From an uncultured candidatus Porisulfidus sp. (GTDB lineage Bacteria; Pseudomonadota; Gammaproteobacteria; Poriferisulfidales; Oxydemutatoraceae), in contig OZ244052.1 in the NCBI GenBank assembly GCA_965215125.1, positions 608,001-672,000 on the forward strand: a stretch of 64,000 bases of DNA. Reading direction: 5' to 3'. Shown here piece by piece: positions 53,945 through 64,000 of the stretch (its first letter is position 1; each line of letters begins with the position of its first letter). Both the position numbers and the translations under genes were made by a program. The notes under the pieces are model-generated. The model had not been told where the DNA came from, made no database searches, and saw nothing but the letters and a program-made list of their open reading frames with translations.

Positions 53945-54433
53945 TCAAGGCATTATCAATATCGGAGTACCTTCCTTAACAAGCTGCCAAACTATCTGCA
54001 TATCTTCATCCTTCATAGCGATGCAACCTTCGGTCCAATCGTCTGCGAGATTTCTCCTTTTGACAGGGTCGTTCGGTTCTCCATGTATCATAATATCACC
54101 GCCCGGATCTTCGCCCCTAAGTTCGGCAAGAAAACTGTCGGTGTCATTCGGAAAGGAGATGCCGAGCGAACGGAAAAAGCGACTATCGGGATTGCGTCGA
54201 TCGATATAATAAAGTCCTTCGGGGGTGCGAAGATCCCCCGATTTTTGCTTATGCCCTATCGGGTTTTGTCCGAGTGAAATTGCAAATGTGTGGGTGATTT
54301 TCCAGTTTGTCAACAAATGCAGTTTACGCTCCGATTTCTTTACCCAAATCACATTGACCTCGTTTTGCGCAGACACCGATACTCCTATCGTTGATAAGAT
54401 AGCTAAAGTAAAAATGAGTATTGCCTTTTTCAT
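53945..54433 (-). CDS. L,D-transpeptidase (YkuD) family protein
   Basis: Signal peptide from ATG 54433; GD.RTPEG.Y, IMIHG, WTEGCIA. Confidence 0.88.
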   Translation of the reverse strand: MKKAILIFTLAILSTIGVSVSAQNEVNVIWVKKSERKLHLLTNWKITHTFAISLGQNPIGHKQKSGDLRTPEGLYYIDRRNPDSRFFRSLGISFPNDTDSFLAELRGEDPGGDIMIHGEPNDPVKRRNLADDWTEGCIAMKDEDMQIVWQLVKEGTPILIMP

Positions 54434-54438
54434 TATTG

Positions 54439-55365
54439 CTAGCCGTCTAATAACTTCCTTCTCTGTCTGACCAGTGCGATTCCCGTACCCGACAGACATA
54501 TCGTAACAGCAACACCTAAAGTTGCCACACCTATTATAAGATAATTTAAGCCCGCCAGATTCCCTCCGTAATAAAGCGTAATCAGTTCTTGTAGTTTTGT
54601 ATGCACCAAAGTACATACGATAGCGATGACAAGCGTGGCTCCGAAACCACCCAATAAGCCGTAAGCCCAAGCCGTATAAAGAAAAGGACGTCTGATAAAC
54701 ATTGCGGTTGCCCCCAATAACCTGAGAATCTTTATTTCATCTAAGCGTCTCGTTATTTCCGTTAACATCAGCGTAGAAATCATCAATATTGCGGCACTCG
54801 CAAACAAAATTGCCAATAACCAAACGGAAGTGCCGATAAAAGCAACCAGCGCATCCATACGCTTGAGCCAGACAACGTTCGTTTCTACTCTTTCTATATA
54901 TCTTTGTTGTTCAAGATTAAAAAGTAGTGTGTCCAGAGCGATGCCACGGCTATGTTCTAATTTCGCCGATATTTCGATAACCGCAGGAAAAGGATTTTCA
55001 TCGAATAACACCAAACTCTGTTCCATCCCGTATTGGTTTTTGAAATAATCCAACGACTCCTCGGCACTGATGAGCTTCACCTGTGCGACGCTCTCCATTA
55101 CCGATATTTGATTAGTCAATTCCGCTATAGTCGCATCCGAAGTACGCGGCGCAATATACGCCGATACGGAAGCAGGACGCTCTAAATCCGAGACGATCCC
55201 CTGAGTATTCTGTAATATCACCAACAAGATCCCCGGCAACGACAACGCAATAGTAATCAACGCAACCGATAGCGCGGTTAGCAAAGGACTTGCTTTTAAG
55301 TTTTGCACCGTCTGATGCAATGCCAAGCGGTGGCTTTCCAAATAATGACGAATAGCTAATAACAT
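54439..55365 (-). CDS. ftsX: Cell division permease FtsX
   Basis: IALSLP, NPFPA, W..R, R..EI.I..L.GAT..FIRRPFLY. Confidence 0.85.
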   Translation of the reverse strand: MLLAIRHYLESHRLALHQTVQNLKASPLLTALSVALITIALSLPGILLVILQNTQGIVSDLERPASVSAYIAPRTSDATIAELTNQISVMESVAQVKLISAEESLDYFKNQYGMEQSLVLFDENPFPAVIEISAKLEHSRGIALDTLLFNLEQQRYIERVETNVVWLKRMDALVAFIGTSVWLLAILFASAAILMISTLMLTEITRRLDEIKILRLLGATAMFIRRPFLYTAWAYGLLGGFGATLVIAIVCTLVHTKLQELITLYYGGNLAGLNYLIIGVATLGVAVTICLSGTGIALVRQRRKLLDG

Positions 55366-55545
55366 GGCAACCGTATATTTTGTACCCTTTTATATTAGCA
55401 TTAGACGATTGCGCTACTCAAATAACTACTTTCCCGAGAACTCTACTGCAACAAACGCCGGCAAAAGCCGGCTGTTTTTATTTTATAAAACCAAGTAAGT
55501 AATCCGACCCCGGGAATTGAGGAGTATGTTCCTTTGAAATAAAAA

Positions 55546-55767
55546 CTAAGAAAACAATTTTATCAGTATAGCGACATTCATAACGAAGATTAGACCCAGC
55601 ACCCACCGCATATACTTAAGCTCCGTCTCTATCTTTGCCACTTCTGCCTTTAACTCTGCCTTTGTTGCCAAATCACCGGTGTTTGCTATATCGGCAACGG
55701 CTCGTTCGGCTTCATCCGGCTCCACACCTAATTTAGTTAGTGTGTTATATAAGGCTATTTCTGACAT
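55546..55767 (-). CDS. Small coiled-coil/TM protein (DUF1640-like)
   Basis: L...G.....A...DLATKAEL heptads plus a C-terminal TM segment. Confidence 0.6.
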   Translation of the reverse strand: MSEIALYNTLTKLGVEPDEAERAVADIANTGDLATKAELKAEVAKIETELKYMRWVLGLIFVMNVAILIKLFS

Positions 55768-57076
55768 CTCTGTTTACTCTCGGTTAAAAGTTTAATTTTA
55801 CGCTATCTTAACATAGAGCTAGTGAAAAGAACATCACCGTTTGTTTCAGTTGCAAAGATGTCAGCCTATTTTTAGGGTTACTTGCAGGAGGGCTAATATG
55901 CCCTCTCGAAAGGTGGTGTGTCTGCATAAGCGGAGGGACTTTGTCCTGAACCTCAACCATTAAATAACGCATACATCACAAAATACAATATCCGCTTGCG
56001 GTACCCGGATTACCTCTATAAAATCCGAAAGGAAACAAACAGCAAAAATAATCAACCGGCATTTGCCGCCTTCATCTCTTTTTGCAACCAGTTAATTGCG
56101 GTTTGTTCGTCTTGCTCAATTGCCATCTCCACCGCTCGCTTGGCACATTCCAGCAAATGCTTTGACTGCTTGCGCAGTTTGGAGGACTCGGTAATTTTTT
56201 CCCGTATCCGAGTTTGTTTCTTTTCCGGTAAAAGAGGAATCACCGTTTCTTTCACTTGATCGGGTCGCCAATGAAAAATAACCGAACCACCTACATCACG
56301 TTCCACTTGCCCTTTTGTCAAAATTGAATTTAGAACCAGTGTTAGATACTCGTTATTGATTTTGTTAGATTTCCTTTCTAGGCGGAGTATTCCGCTAGAC
56401 GGAATCATCTTCTGTGGTGTTTCATTTAAGTAATAGGCAATTCCCGGTGTGGCATCTTTGCTGAATAAAATCTCTCCTCTCTTTGGCTGATGCTGTTTTA
56501 TTTGCCGATATAGCTTTTCAGAAATATATTTTTCCTCGCTAATTTCAAACGGGCTTAAATTACTTACGCGAATAAACGGGATACCTTCGTCTATATACTC
56601 ACGACTTCCAACCTCTACACATTTTTTTATATTGACCAAATTCCCCAGCGTATCCCAGCCGCCGGAATATTTTTGTATAGCTTTGACGATCTCCTCATAT
56701 TTCGGCTGGTAGTATTCTGCATCCATACGCCCCGCTGTTTCCGTATCGGAGTAGTTCTTGATAAAGCTTAGTTGATGATTGGGTTGCCAATTAGATAGAC
56801 CAAGTTCGGAAAGGAGTAGATATTCAGCCTGTCTGAATAAGCCTTCTGATTTTTTTATTTTTTCCAATAGATAATGATAGGCCTCTTCAATTTTATTTTG
56901 AAAATTATTGCTTAGTAAGGGTATTGGTATTTCATATAGTTCAGATTTGCTAATAAACGGTGTTGCAATATTTGAAGTTAGACGGTCTTTTAATTTTTGA
57001 CCAAAGTTGCAAGATAAATAAACTACTAAAAAGTATTTGTTTACATTACTGTTTATAGTGAATTTATATAGTGTTC

Positions 57077-58392
57077 GAGCCTGTTAACTATTTTGTGTAA
57101 CTTCGTTTTCCTCAATATCAAATCTACCTTCGTATTCAATAGCTAATCGGTTCATCGCCGGTATCCAATTTCGTATCGGCAGCGTCCAGCGAGCAGAGGC
57201 TTTTTTGATTGCCAAATAAACTACTTTCAATGCCGATTGGTCGCTCGGGAATATCTTCCGGTTGCGGATGGATTTTCTAATCACGCTATTGAGACTTTCT
57301 ATCGCATTCGTTGTATAGATAATTTTTCTAATCTCCGGCGGGTAATCAAATAACGTAATCAGGTTGTCCCAGTTATTGCGCCACGACCGCTCAACACTCG
57401 GATATTTTGCCGACCAGCAATCGGCAAACTCATCTAACGCCTGCTCGGCAGCCTGCGCCGTAGGACTATTGTATATCTTCTTTAACGCTGCCGAGACTGC
57501 TTTCTTATCTTTAGTCGCAACATAGCGTAGCGAGTTTCTCATCATGTGGACTAGACACAGTTGTATTTTTGCCTGCGGATAGACGCTGGCAATCGCCTCT
57601 GCGAAACCCTTCAGACCATCTATGCAACAGATCAAGATATCTTTCACACCCCGATTTTGTAGCTCGGTTAATATCGCTAACCAGAACTTAGCACTTTCGG
57701 TCTCGGCAATCCACAACCCGAGTAATTCCTTGCGTCCACTGCGCTTTATGCCCAGTGCAACATAGATCGACTTGTTAATGATACGGCCTTGCTCTCGCAC
57801 TTTGACGACGATGCAATCCAGATACATCACCACATAGAGGCACTCTAACACTCGGCTCTGCCAAGTCCGCACCTCGTCTATCACCGCATCGGTGACATTC
57901 GAGATAACCGCAGTAGAAATCTCCGCACCATGATACAACTCTTTAATCGACTCTTGTATCTGTCGCACCGTCATCCCTTGCGCATAGAGTGCCAATATCG
58001 TATCCTCAAATCCGTCTAAACGGGTTTTCCCTTTCGGCACAATCATCGGTTCAAACGACGCCTCCCGATCTCGCGGTGTCTGTATCGTTATATCCCCATA
58101 ATTGGTCTTTAAGGTCTTGGCACTATGCCCGTTGCGGGTATTCTTTCTACGCTTGGATGCTTTGTCGTTTTTCTCATAGCCGAGATGGTCGTCCAGCTCC
58201 GCATTGAGTATGCCTTCCATCATTGACTTAATCAACTGACCGATGATATCGGTCATCTCTTGTTGGGTCTTTACATGACGGGATAATTCTTTCCCGATGC
58301 TTTTTATATCTTTCATAAGTTCTCCTTTATTAGTTTGGTGTTGCCACCTAGTTTATCTTAATTAGAACTTACACAATTTAAATTACAGTCTC
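57077..58392 (-). mobile_element. IS256-family insertion sequence (1316 bp) with 8-bp target duplication
   Basis: Imperfect TIRs GAGCCTGTTAACTATTTTGTGTAACTT / GAGACTGTAATTTAAATTGTGTAAGTT; TSD TAGTGTTC at 57069-57076 and 58393-58400. Confidence 0.93.
57084..58316 (-). CDS. IS256-family DDE transposase
   Basis: RNG, PRDR..SFEP, YLD, DGLKG, CLVH..RN, YTTNAIES. Confidence 0.95.
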   Translation of the reverse strand: MKDIKSIGKELSRHVKTQQEMTDIIGQLIKSMMEGILNAELDDHLGYEKNDKASKRRKNTRNGHSAKTLKTNYGDITIQTPRDREASFEPMIVPKGKTRLDGFEDTILALYAQGMTVRQIQESIKELYHGAEISTAVISNVTDAVIDEVRTWQSRVLECLYVVMYLDCIVVKVREQGRIINKSIYVALGIKRSGRKELLGLWIAETESAKFWLAILTELQNRGVKDILICCIDGLKGFAEAIASVYPQAKIQLCLVHMMRNSLRYVATKDKKAVSAALKKIYNSPTAQAAEQALDEFADCWSAKYPSVERSWRNNWDNLITLFDYPPEIRKIIYTTNAIESLNSVIRKSIRNRKIFPSDQSALKVVYLAIKKASARWTLPIRNWIPAMNRLAIEYEGRFDIEENEVTQNS

Positions 58393-58805
58393 TAGTGTTC
58401 CGGATATCAATACCTTTTCAGGAAAATTATCAGGAATTATTGCAACTTTTTGAATATTGCCTTTTACTTCTAATAGTATCTCACCTTTTATGACCCTTCC
58501 TTTTTCATAGCTTAACCAATCGGCATTTGAAACATATCCAGATTTTTCGATATTAATCATTGGTGACTCTATATCGGCTGCTTGTAAAAACCTTGGAGAA
58601 TTATCTGCAATCTCGTGTTTAGGTAATATTTTGGTATTTTCATAAACAACCCTGCAACCATCTTTTATTAAGTCCCCTAATCTAAGTGAGCTTGATGATA
58701 TTTTATTTGATAGTTTAATCATATCAGGATGCCAATACTCTGCATCCATTCGTGAATTTAGCTGATTCCTAATATCACTAAGTTGGACAATAGACACTTG
58801 CATTC

Positions 58806-60914
58806 TCAGTCTCCCACCCAAAACGATAAATTCTCACTTTTAGCCCATTCAATAAATGCCTCGGCGATACCATCGGGTAATTCTCTATCCTGATTGTGCA
58901 GGTCATGGTCAACAATGAGGTGTCCGTTCTTATCCAGTTTGTATTGTCCATTATCGTTTTTGACATAGATATATTCGCCGGAATTATCCTTGCCGCCTTT
59001 CTCGGAAACAGCAAAAAAGATGGGGTAGTCGTTGACTTTCGGGCAGAGTTCGTCATCCCACTTCTGCACAAATAACACACTGGTTTTGGTACCTGTATGA
59101 GGTTTGAAGGTATTGCCGTGCAAACCAATTACGGCAAGGATACGACCACGATAAGAGATAAATTCTCGAATATATTTATCGGAGGTGTTATTGAATCGGC
59201 CTTGCGGCAAAACAATTGCCATACGTCCGCCCGGCTTCAAGAAATCAAGGTTTCTTTCTATAAACAGAATATCTCGACCGACTTTGGTTTGCGCCTTACC
59301 GCTAGCCTTAAAACCTAGTTCATATTGATGTAGAATACGGCTTTCCTTGATGTCGCCGGCAAAAGGTGGATTAGCCATCAAAATATCAAATTTGAAGCAT
59401 TTATTTTCGTTTTTATCAGTTCTCAGTTTTTCCAGCCTACTAAAGCCTTTACCGTAAGTGCCAATCCACTGTCTATCTTTGTCGGTTTTATCTCCCCAGC
59501 GTTCATAGTCCAATGTGTTGAGATGTAAAACATTGCTTTCCCCATCTCCGGCAATTAAGTTTAGAGTACGAGCGACGCGTACGGTTTTTTCGTCAAAGTC
59601 AATGCCAAAGACTTTTTTTACATGTTGTTTATCATCTTTCGATATCTCTGCATTGGTAAACAAATGACCGGTGAGCTTAAAAATGGTGTGTACCGGAAAA
59701 CCACAGCTCCCGGAAGCGGTATCAATCATATACTCATCTCGTTTAGGGTTGAGCATTTGCACACACATATCAATTACATGCCGAGGTGTAAAATACTGAC
59801 CTTTTTCGCTCTTAGCCGATTTGTTGACTAGATATTCAAAGGCTTCATCTATTACCAGTAAATTGGAATTGAACAGTTTCACATCCTGCAAGCTAGAGAC
59901 ACAGATAGAGAGGTGGCTATCGGATAAATCAAAAGTTGAGCCTTCCGGAAATACCCCCTTCCATTGACCTTTAGCCTGATCAAACAGCTGTTGAATCTTT
60001 CTCTTTAGTTCGGTGTCGGTCTGACCGGTATTTCTAAACTCCATAAGCCGAAAATCATCGTCATTAACACTTTTAACTGCTTCTTTAAGGGCAACATAGT
60101 CTTGCCCACCTAGATAACTAGGGGCATTGCTATATCCTGTTTTTTGTTCATGCACTTCCGTTTTTATAACTTGCCGTATAAGATAATTGATTACACCCTT
60201 GTCATCTTTGCTCAAATATTCATCATAAAGTTTAGTAAAAATGAGCTTAAAAACCTCTTCGAAAACATCTACTCCTGCATTAGCCAAAACCTCATCTTCC
60301 ATTTCTAGAATGATATCTTTCAATGATTTTCGCTCGTTAGCAATTTTGTCCTTGATAATCAAGTCTTTCAGCGTAAAACGCTCACTCAGAATATCCTCAA
60401 GGCTTTGTTGAACCTTCGGTATATCGGTGATGTCTTCAAAATAATTCGGGTCTTTGCGGTGATAATGAGAAATCTGTTCACCGTTTGTCCATACGCCGAT
60501 GGGAGCACCGGTAGCATTACAGTACGAACGAAGTTGTTCCTTACCATCCTTGAGCTTGGGTTTTTTCAGTTCAATAATGATGTACTCTGTATCAGTGCGG
60601 TCTTTGTCTAAGATGACAATATCGGCACTTTTCTTTTCCCGCCCAAAAGTAACCAAGTGCTCAAAAGCCAATCGCTTTTTCTCATAGCCGTATTGGTTGA
60701 TAAGCCGTGTGGCATAAAGCTGGCGGACAATTTCTTCGGGTTTTAACTGGATTTCTTTTCCACGGATGACACAATTTATATAAAGGCTTTCTTTGCCTGC
60801 TATTGTCTTTGTAAAGATCTTTTTTTGTAGTGCTTCAATCTCTTCTGGCTTAAACAAGTCTAGACGATATTTGCTGTCTTTTAGTACTGTCTGAATGATA
60901 TTCGATTTCGTCAT
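58806..60914 (-). CDS. Fused restriction endonuclease (HSDR_N-like) / N6-adenine methyltransferase
   Basis: PEE.VRQ, ADIV...IIIELK nuclease motif; GQYFTPR, D.ASGS.GF, NPPF. Start ATG 60914. Confidence 0.88.
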   Translation of the reverse strand: MTKSNIIQTVLKDSKYRLDLFKPEEIEALQKKIFTKTIAGKESLYINCVIRGKEIQLKPEEIVRQLYATRLINQYGYEKKRLAFEHLVTFGREKKSADIVILDKDRTDTEYIIIELKKPKLKDGKEQLRSYCNATGAPIGVWTNGEQISHYHRKDPNYFEDITDIPKVQQSLEDILSERFTLKDLIIKDKIANERKSLKDIILEMEDEVLANAGVDVFEEVFKLIFTKLYDEYLSKDDKGVINYLIRQVIKTEVHEQKTGYSNAPSYLGGQDYVALKEAVKSVNDDDFRLMEFRNTGQTDTELKRKIQQLFDQAKGQWKGVFPEGSTFDLSDSHLSICVSSLQDVKLFNSNLLVIDEAFEYLVNKSAKSEKGQYFTPRHVIDMCVQMLNPKRDEYMIDTASGSCGFPVHTIFKLTGHLFTNAEISKDDKQHVKKVFGIDFDEKTVRVARTLNLIAGDGESNVLHLNTLDYERWGDKTDKDRQWIGTYGKGFSRLEKLRTDKNENKCFKFDILMANPPFAGDIKESRILHQYELGFKASGKAQTKVGRDILFIERNLDFLKPGGRMAIVLPQGRFNNTSDKYIREFISYRGRILAVIGLHGNTFKPHTGTKTSVLFVQKWDDELCPKVNDYPIFFAVSEKGGKDNSGEYIYVKNDNGQYKLDKNGHLIVDHDLHNQDRELPDGIAEAFIEWAKSENLSFWVGD

Positions 60915-61031
60915 TTTTTCTCCGTTTGGTTTTTTTATATAGTTAATGGTGGCATCTGATATTACCGCACATATTATAGGGTAATTTAAGTCTGCTGGTT
61001 GCGCTCTATAGTACAGCAAAAATGTCCTCCC

Positions 61032-62206
61032 CTACGGTTGGTTGAAAATGTTTTTTATGCCGTCTTGCCAATGAATAATTTCTATACCGTCTACTTTTCT
61101 GGCTCGTTTTTCCAAGCAAAGCACATATTCCTTTTTAGAGTTTATGGCTGCTCTCACCGATTTAAGACTTTTAAGGTCATGGCTTAAAACTTTGTTTTTT
61201 GATTTGATCTCAACGAGTATAACTTCTTTCCCTCTTTCAAGAATAAGGTCGATCTCCACACCGTCTTTAGAGCGGAAATAAGAAAACCTGTATCCGCTTT
61301 CGGAATACTCGTTAATCCTATATGCTTCGGAAATAACCAAATGTTCAAAAGCATTACCGAGAGCATAGTTTGAAGGTGTTATGGTTTCGGTGAGCAACCC
61401 CGACAAGGCTCTAGCTACGCCTATATCAAAGAGGTAAAACTTGGGGCTTTTGATTTGCCTTTTTCTAATCGATTTTGCGTAAGGGTATAGGTGAAAGCCT
61501 AAAAAGGTATCTTCCAATATCTCAAAGTACCGTTGGCAACTTTTATAATCGATGCCGGCTTCCGTGGCAATTCTGGAGTAATTAAGAATCATCCCGTTGC
61601 ATTGACCTGCCACATCCAGAAAAAATCTAAATGGTGGGATATTTCTGATAATCTGTTCATAAATAATCTCTTCTTTCAAATAAACCTGCACATAAGAATT
61701 TAAGTAGCGATTTTTTCCTTTTTATCTTTTAGATTGAAAATCTCGGGCAGACTTCCTCTTTGTAGCACTTCATGGAGGTCGAACTTTTCACCTAATTCTA
61801 AAAAGGTTAAAGGATAGAGCTTGTATAGAAAAGCTCGTCCGGCAAGCAGATTGGCTCCACCCGATTTTAGTTTTCTGGCACTCGACCCGGTCAAAGCGAA
61901 ATTCAACTTCTTTTTTATTATAAGACGATGGACTACATCCAATAGTTTGGGAACCTTTTGGATTTCGTCAATCACTACAAAACGAGGCTTTTCTTTCAGG
62001 GCTTCAATCTCTTGTTCTAAAGCAGAGGGATTAAGGGATAATGTACGTTCTTTCTCCGGTTCAAGCAGGTCAATCCACAGAAGGCTATGTTTGCCTCTAA
62101 AACTTCTGCTCCAGAAACTTTCCAGATAGCTCGACTTCCCCGTAGCCCTTGCCCCGAAAAGAAAAAAACTTTTATTTTTTGAACATTTAAGCAATCTTGG
62201 GAACAT
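61032..62206 (-). pseudogene. AAA+ ATPase with DUF4143-type C-terminus, frameshifted
   Basis: GARATGKS, IDEIQK, LTGSS, LAGR / PKFYLFDIG, G.AFE, EIDL, VEIK. One extra base in the T6 tract at 61711-61716 restores the frame. Confidence 0.8.
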
Positions 62207-62598
62207 ATATCTAAAATGTCCGACAAAATAGATATAAAGTCAATAAAACCACCGATTACCTTATCGGCTTGAGTGGTTGGGTATGTGCAAGGATAGTACT
62301 CTAGAAGAGCAGGTATATTAAACCTCGGCTTATTTGATATAAGATAAACGCAAATAGATACAGTGCTTAAGAAATTGCAGGTGGCACGCTAAAAAGGGAG
62401 TTAGGCATTAAAACCTGTTACCTTGATGTCTTAAGTTTTTCTCTCCATCTTTGTATAAGCGATTTAGCTCTCTTAGGGGTAGCCTCCTCTCCGAAAGATG
62501 GAATAACATCTTCACGGACTTTTTTAGGCGGAGGAGGTGCCGGAACCCGATTTGTTAATGTCTTTGCTGGCATGATGATTTTTTAACTGGTTGGAAAT

Positions 62599-63150
62599 CT
62601 ACGATTTTTCAAAAATAATTAAAAATAAATAGAATAAGGTAATGACTATTGAGTAAGATGGCAATACTTCAATAAACCTAACAATATAAGCGTTTCTCGC
62701 TAGATTAATGTTGTGATTATAATCTGCATATTTCATAAACTGTTGGGTAAGGTCTTTCTCAAAAATTTCTCTCACCGTTAATTCCAACTCCTGTTTATTC
62801 CGATACTTATCTAAATCTTTTTTATAATACTCGGTCAGTCTATCATAATATTCATCAAAACCTTTTAATGAAACTTCATAATATATCCATTTGGTTAATA
62901 CCTTATAAATGCAATACAACAGATATACAAGAATAGATGAACTAATAATCATGAATGCACTCGGTATACTAATTATCATGGACTGTTCCCACGCGAAGGC
63001 AACAGCTTTGCCGATTAAGAAAAAATTTATCGGCACCATAAATGTTAAAATCGCTATTGGTAATTTTAGTCTTACGTAAATTTGCTCCCGTTTCTCTAGT
63101 TCGTAAAAATAAACCTTTTCGTAAAACTTTCTCTTTTCTGTTCTATCCAT
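62599..63150 (-). CDS. Hypothetical membrane protein
   Basis: AT-rich 183-aa ORF with three hydrophobic segments. Confidence 0.6.
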   Translation of the reverse strand: MDRTEKRKFYEKVYFYELEKREQIYVRLKLPIAILTFMVPINFFLIGKAVAFAWEQSMIISIPSAFMIISSSILVYLLYCIYKVLTKWIYYEVSLKGFDEYYDRLTEYYKKDLDKYRNKQELELTVREIFEKDLTQQFMKYADYNHNINLARNAYIVRFIEVLPSYSIVITLFYLFLIIFEKS

Positions 63151-63234
63151 TTTAAGGGTATCCGTTTTGTTTTGACTATAGTCTGACGAGGTGGTTTGCG
63201 ACGGGTTGAAATGTAATATCGTTTGCCGTTTAAT

Positions 63235-63462
63235 TCACTTCGCCACCGTCAACATCACGCTTTCTAAAAACAAGCCAATGATTAAAGTCATTGCGGCGAT
63301 GCTCTCGGTAAATAATGCAACTCCCCGTTTATTAATGTCTAAGCGAAGTTTCAATTGAGCTGCCTTTATTTCCACTATCCCGAATGCTACCTTAGCCTTA
63401 AACTCTGTTTCAGACTTTATTTCAACTATCACTGCGTATAGTCCTTCACTCGTTATATTCAT
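63235..63462 (-). CDS. Small coiled-coil/TM hypothetical protein
   Basis: AGGAG RBS before MNITSEG; C-terminal hydrophobic stretch. Confidence 0.4.
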   Translation of the reverse strand: MNITSEGLYAVIVEIKSETEFKAKVAFGIVEIKAAQLKLRLDINKRGVALFTESIAAMTLIIGLFLESVMLTVAK

Positions 63463-63665
63463 CTCTTTTCTCCTGTTAGTAGATTGCAAATAAACAGCTT
63501 GCTAGAACGAAATGCTGCTTAGAGGAAACAGTATATCCCAGCACTTATTGGACACGACTCGGCAATCCGACGAACGGTAATAGATACTAGATAAGCGGTT
63601 AAAGTTGGCAGGTACAACACGCTCTAGAGGGCATATTGAATTGCCGATTATCGCTGCGTGAAGCC

Positions 63666-63697
63666 ACTGATTGAGCCAGTAGGTCAATCGGCGATTC
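63666..63697 (+). repeat. Structured repeat family A copy
   Basis: ACTGATTGA-GCCAGTAGG-TCAATCGGC-GATTC. Confidence 0.75.
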
Positions 63698-63872
63698 AAT
63701 AACCCTCCCCTACAATCGCTTGTATAATTATGTGGTGCGTGGGGATTGGGCTTGTGCAAATACTCTGCATTGCAGGAGGAAATGTTAGCCCTCCCCTACA
63801 AGCCGAAACTCGGCTATAATGGCGTTTTTTATCTACGATTATGAACTCACTAAAACCAAGGGGATATCTTTG

Positions 63873-64000
63873 ATGCCGATTTACGAATATATTTGCGAGT
63901 CTTGCGGTGAAAGTTTGGAGGTATTGCAACAAATATCGGACCAACCTCTGCGCAAATGTCCTGCGTGCCACAAAGACACATTAAAAAAACTTGTCTCGGC
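63873..64000 (+). CDS. FmdB-family zinc-ribbon protein (truncated by window end)
   Basis: MPIYEYICESCG...CPAC....LKKLVS. Not in the ORF track. Confidence 0.85.
   Translation, partial: MPIYEYICESCGESLEVLQQISDQPLRKCPACHKDTLKKLVS

Larger units (their letters stand above)
56052..58803 (-). pseudogene. hsdS: Restriction-modification specificity (S) subunit interrupted by IS256-family element
   Basis: Two RMDAEY TRD-flanking repeats. Removing the IS plus one TSD joins ...ISGTL|YKFTINS... in frame (~475 aa). Confidence 0.88.

Noticed and set aside
51852-63500. tRNA-anchored integrative element or prophage
   Set aside because: No integrase, phage genes or duplicated tRNA 3' end were seen near either tRNA.

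Overview
A 64-kb chromosomal window from a gammaproteobacterium, inferred from smc-zipA-ligA, yhdP, erpA and grpE-dnaK-dnaJ-dapB with sigma32-type promoters. Housekeeping blocks are mixed with several accessory or specialised regions. (i) A surface-glycan region has GnnA/GnnB-like genes, a ~1.85-kb tandem duplication carrying HIT plus an O-fucosyltransferase-like gene, a third convergent paralog and a sulfotransferase. (ii) A C1/pterin region has a pterin dehydratase, a two-subunit NAD-linked formate dehydrogenase, egtC-egtB, and a tightly coupled 5-formyl-THF cyclo-ligase / Ftr-like formyltransferase / FolD operon. This operon could be a direct H4MPT(methanofuran)-to-folate formyl bridge and is the best candidate for an undescribed system. 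(iii) Decaying defence genes include a frameshifted HTH-IrrE with a truncated PIN partner, a fused R-M gene whose S subunit is split by an IS256-family element with an 8-bp TSD, and a frameshifted AAA-DUF4143 gene. (iv) A dispersed structured repeat family has a 9-bp stem with compensatory substitutions. It sits at gene ends and supplies the last codons (RTAD*) of both ligA and pgsA. Two tRNAs are present (Arg-CCT, Ala-CGC). No CRISPR array was found. All family calls come from motif recognition by eye, not from database searches.
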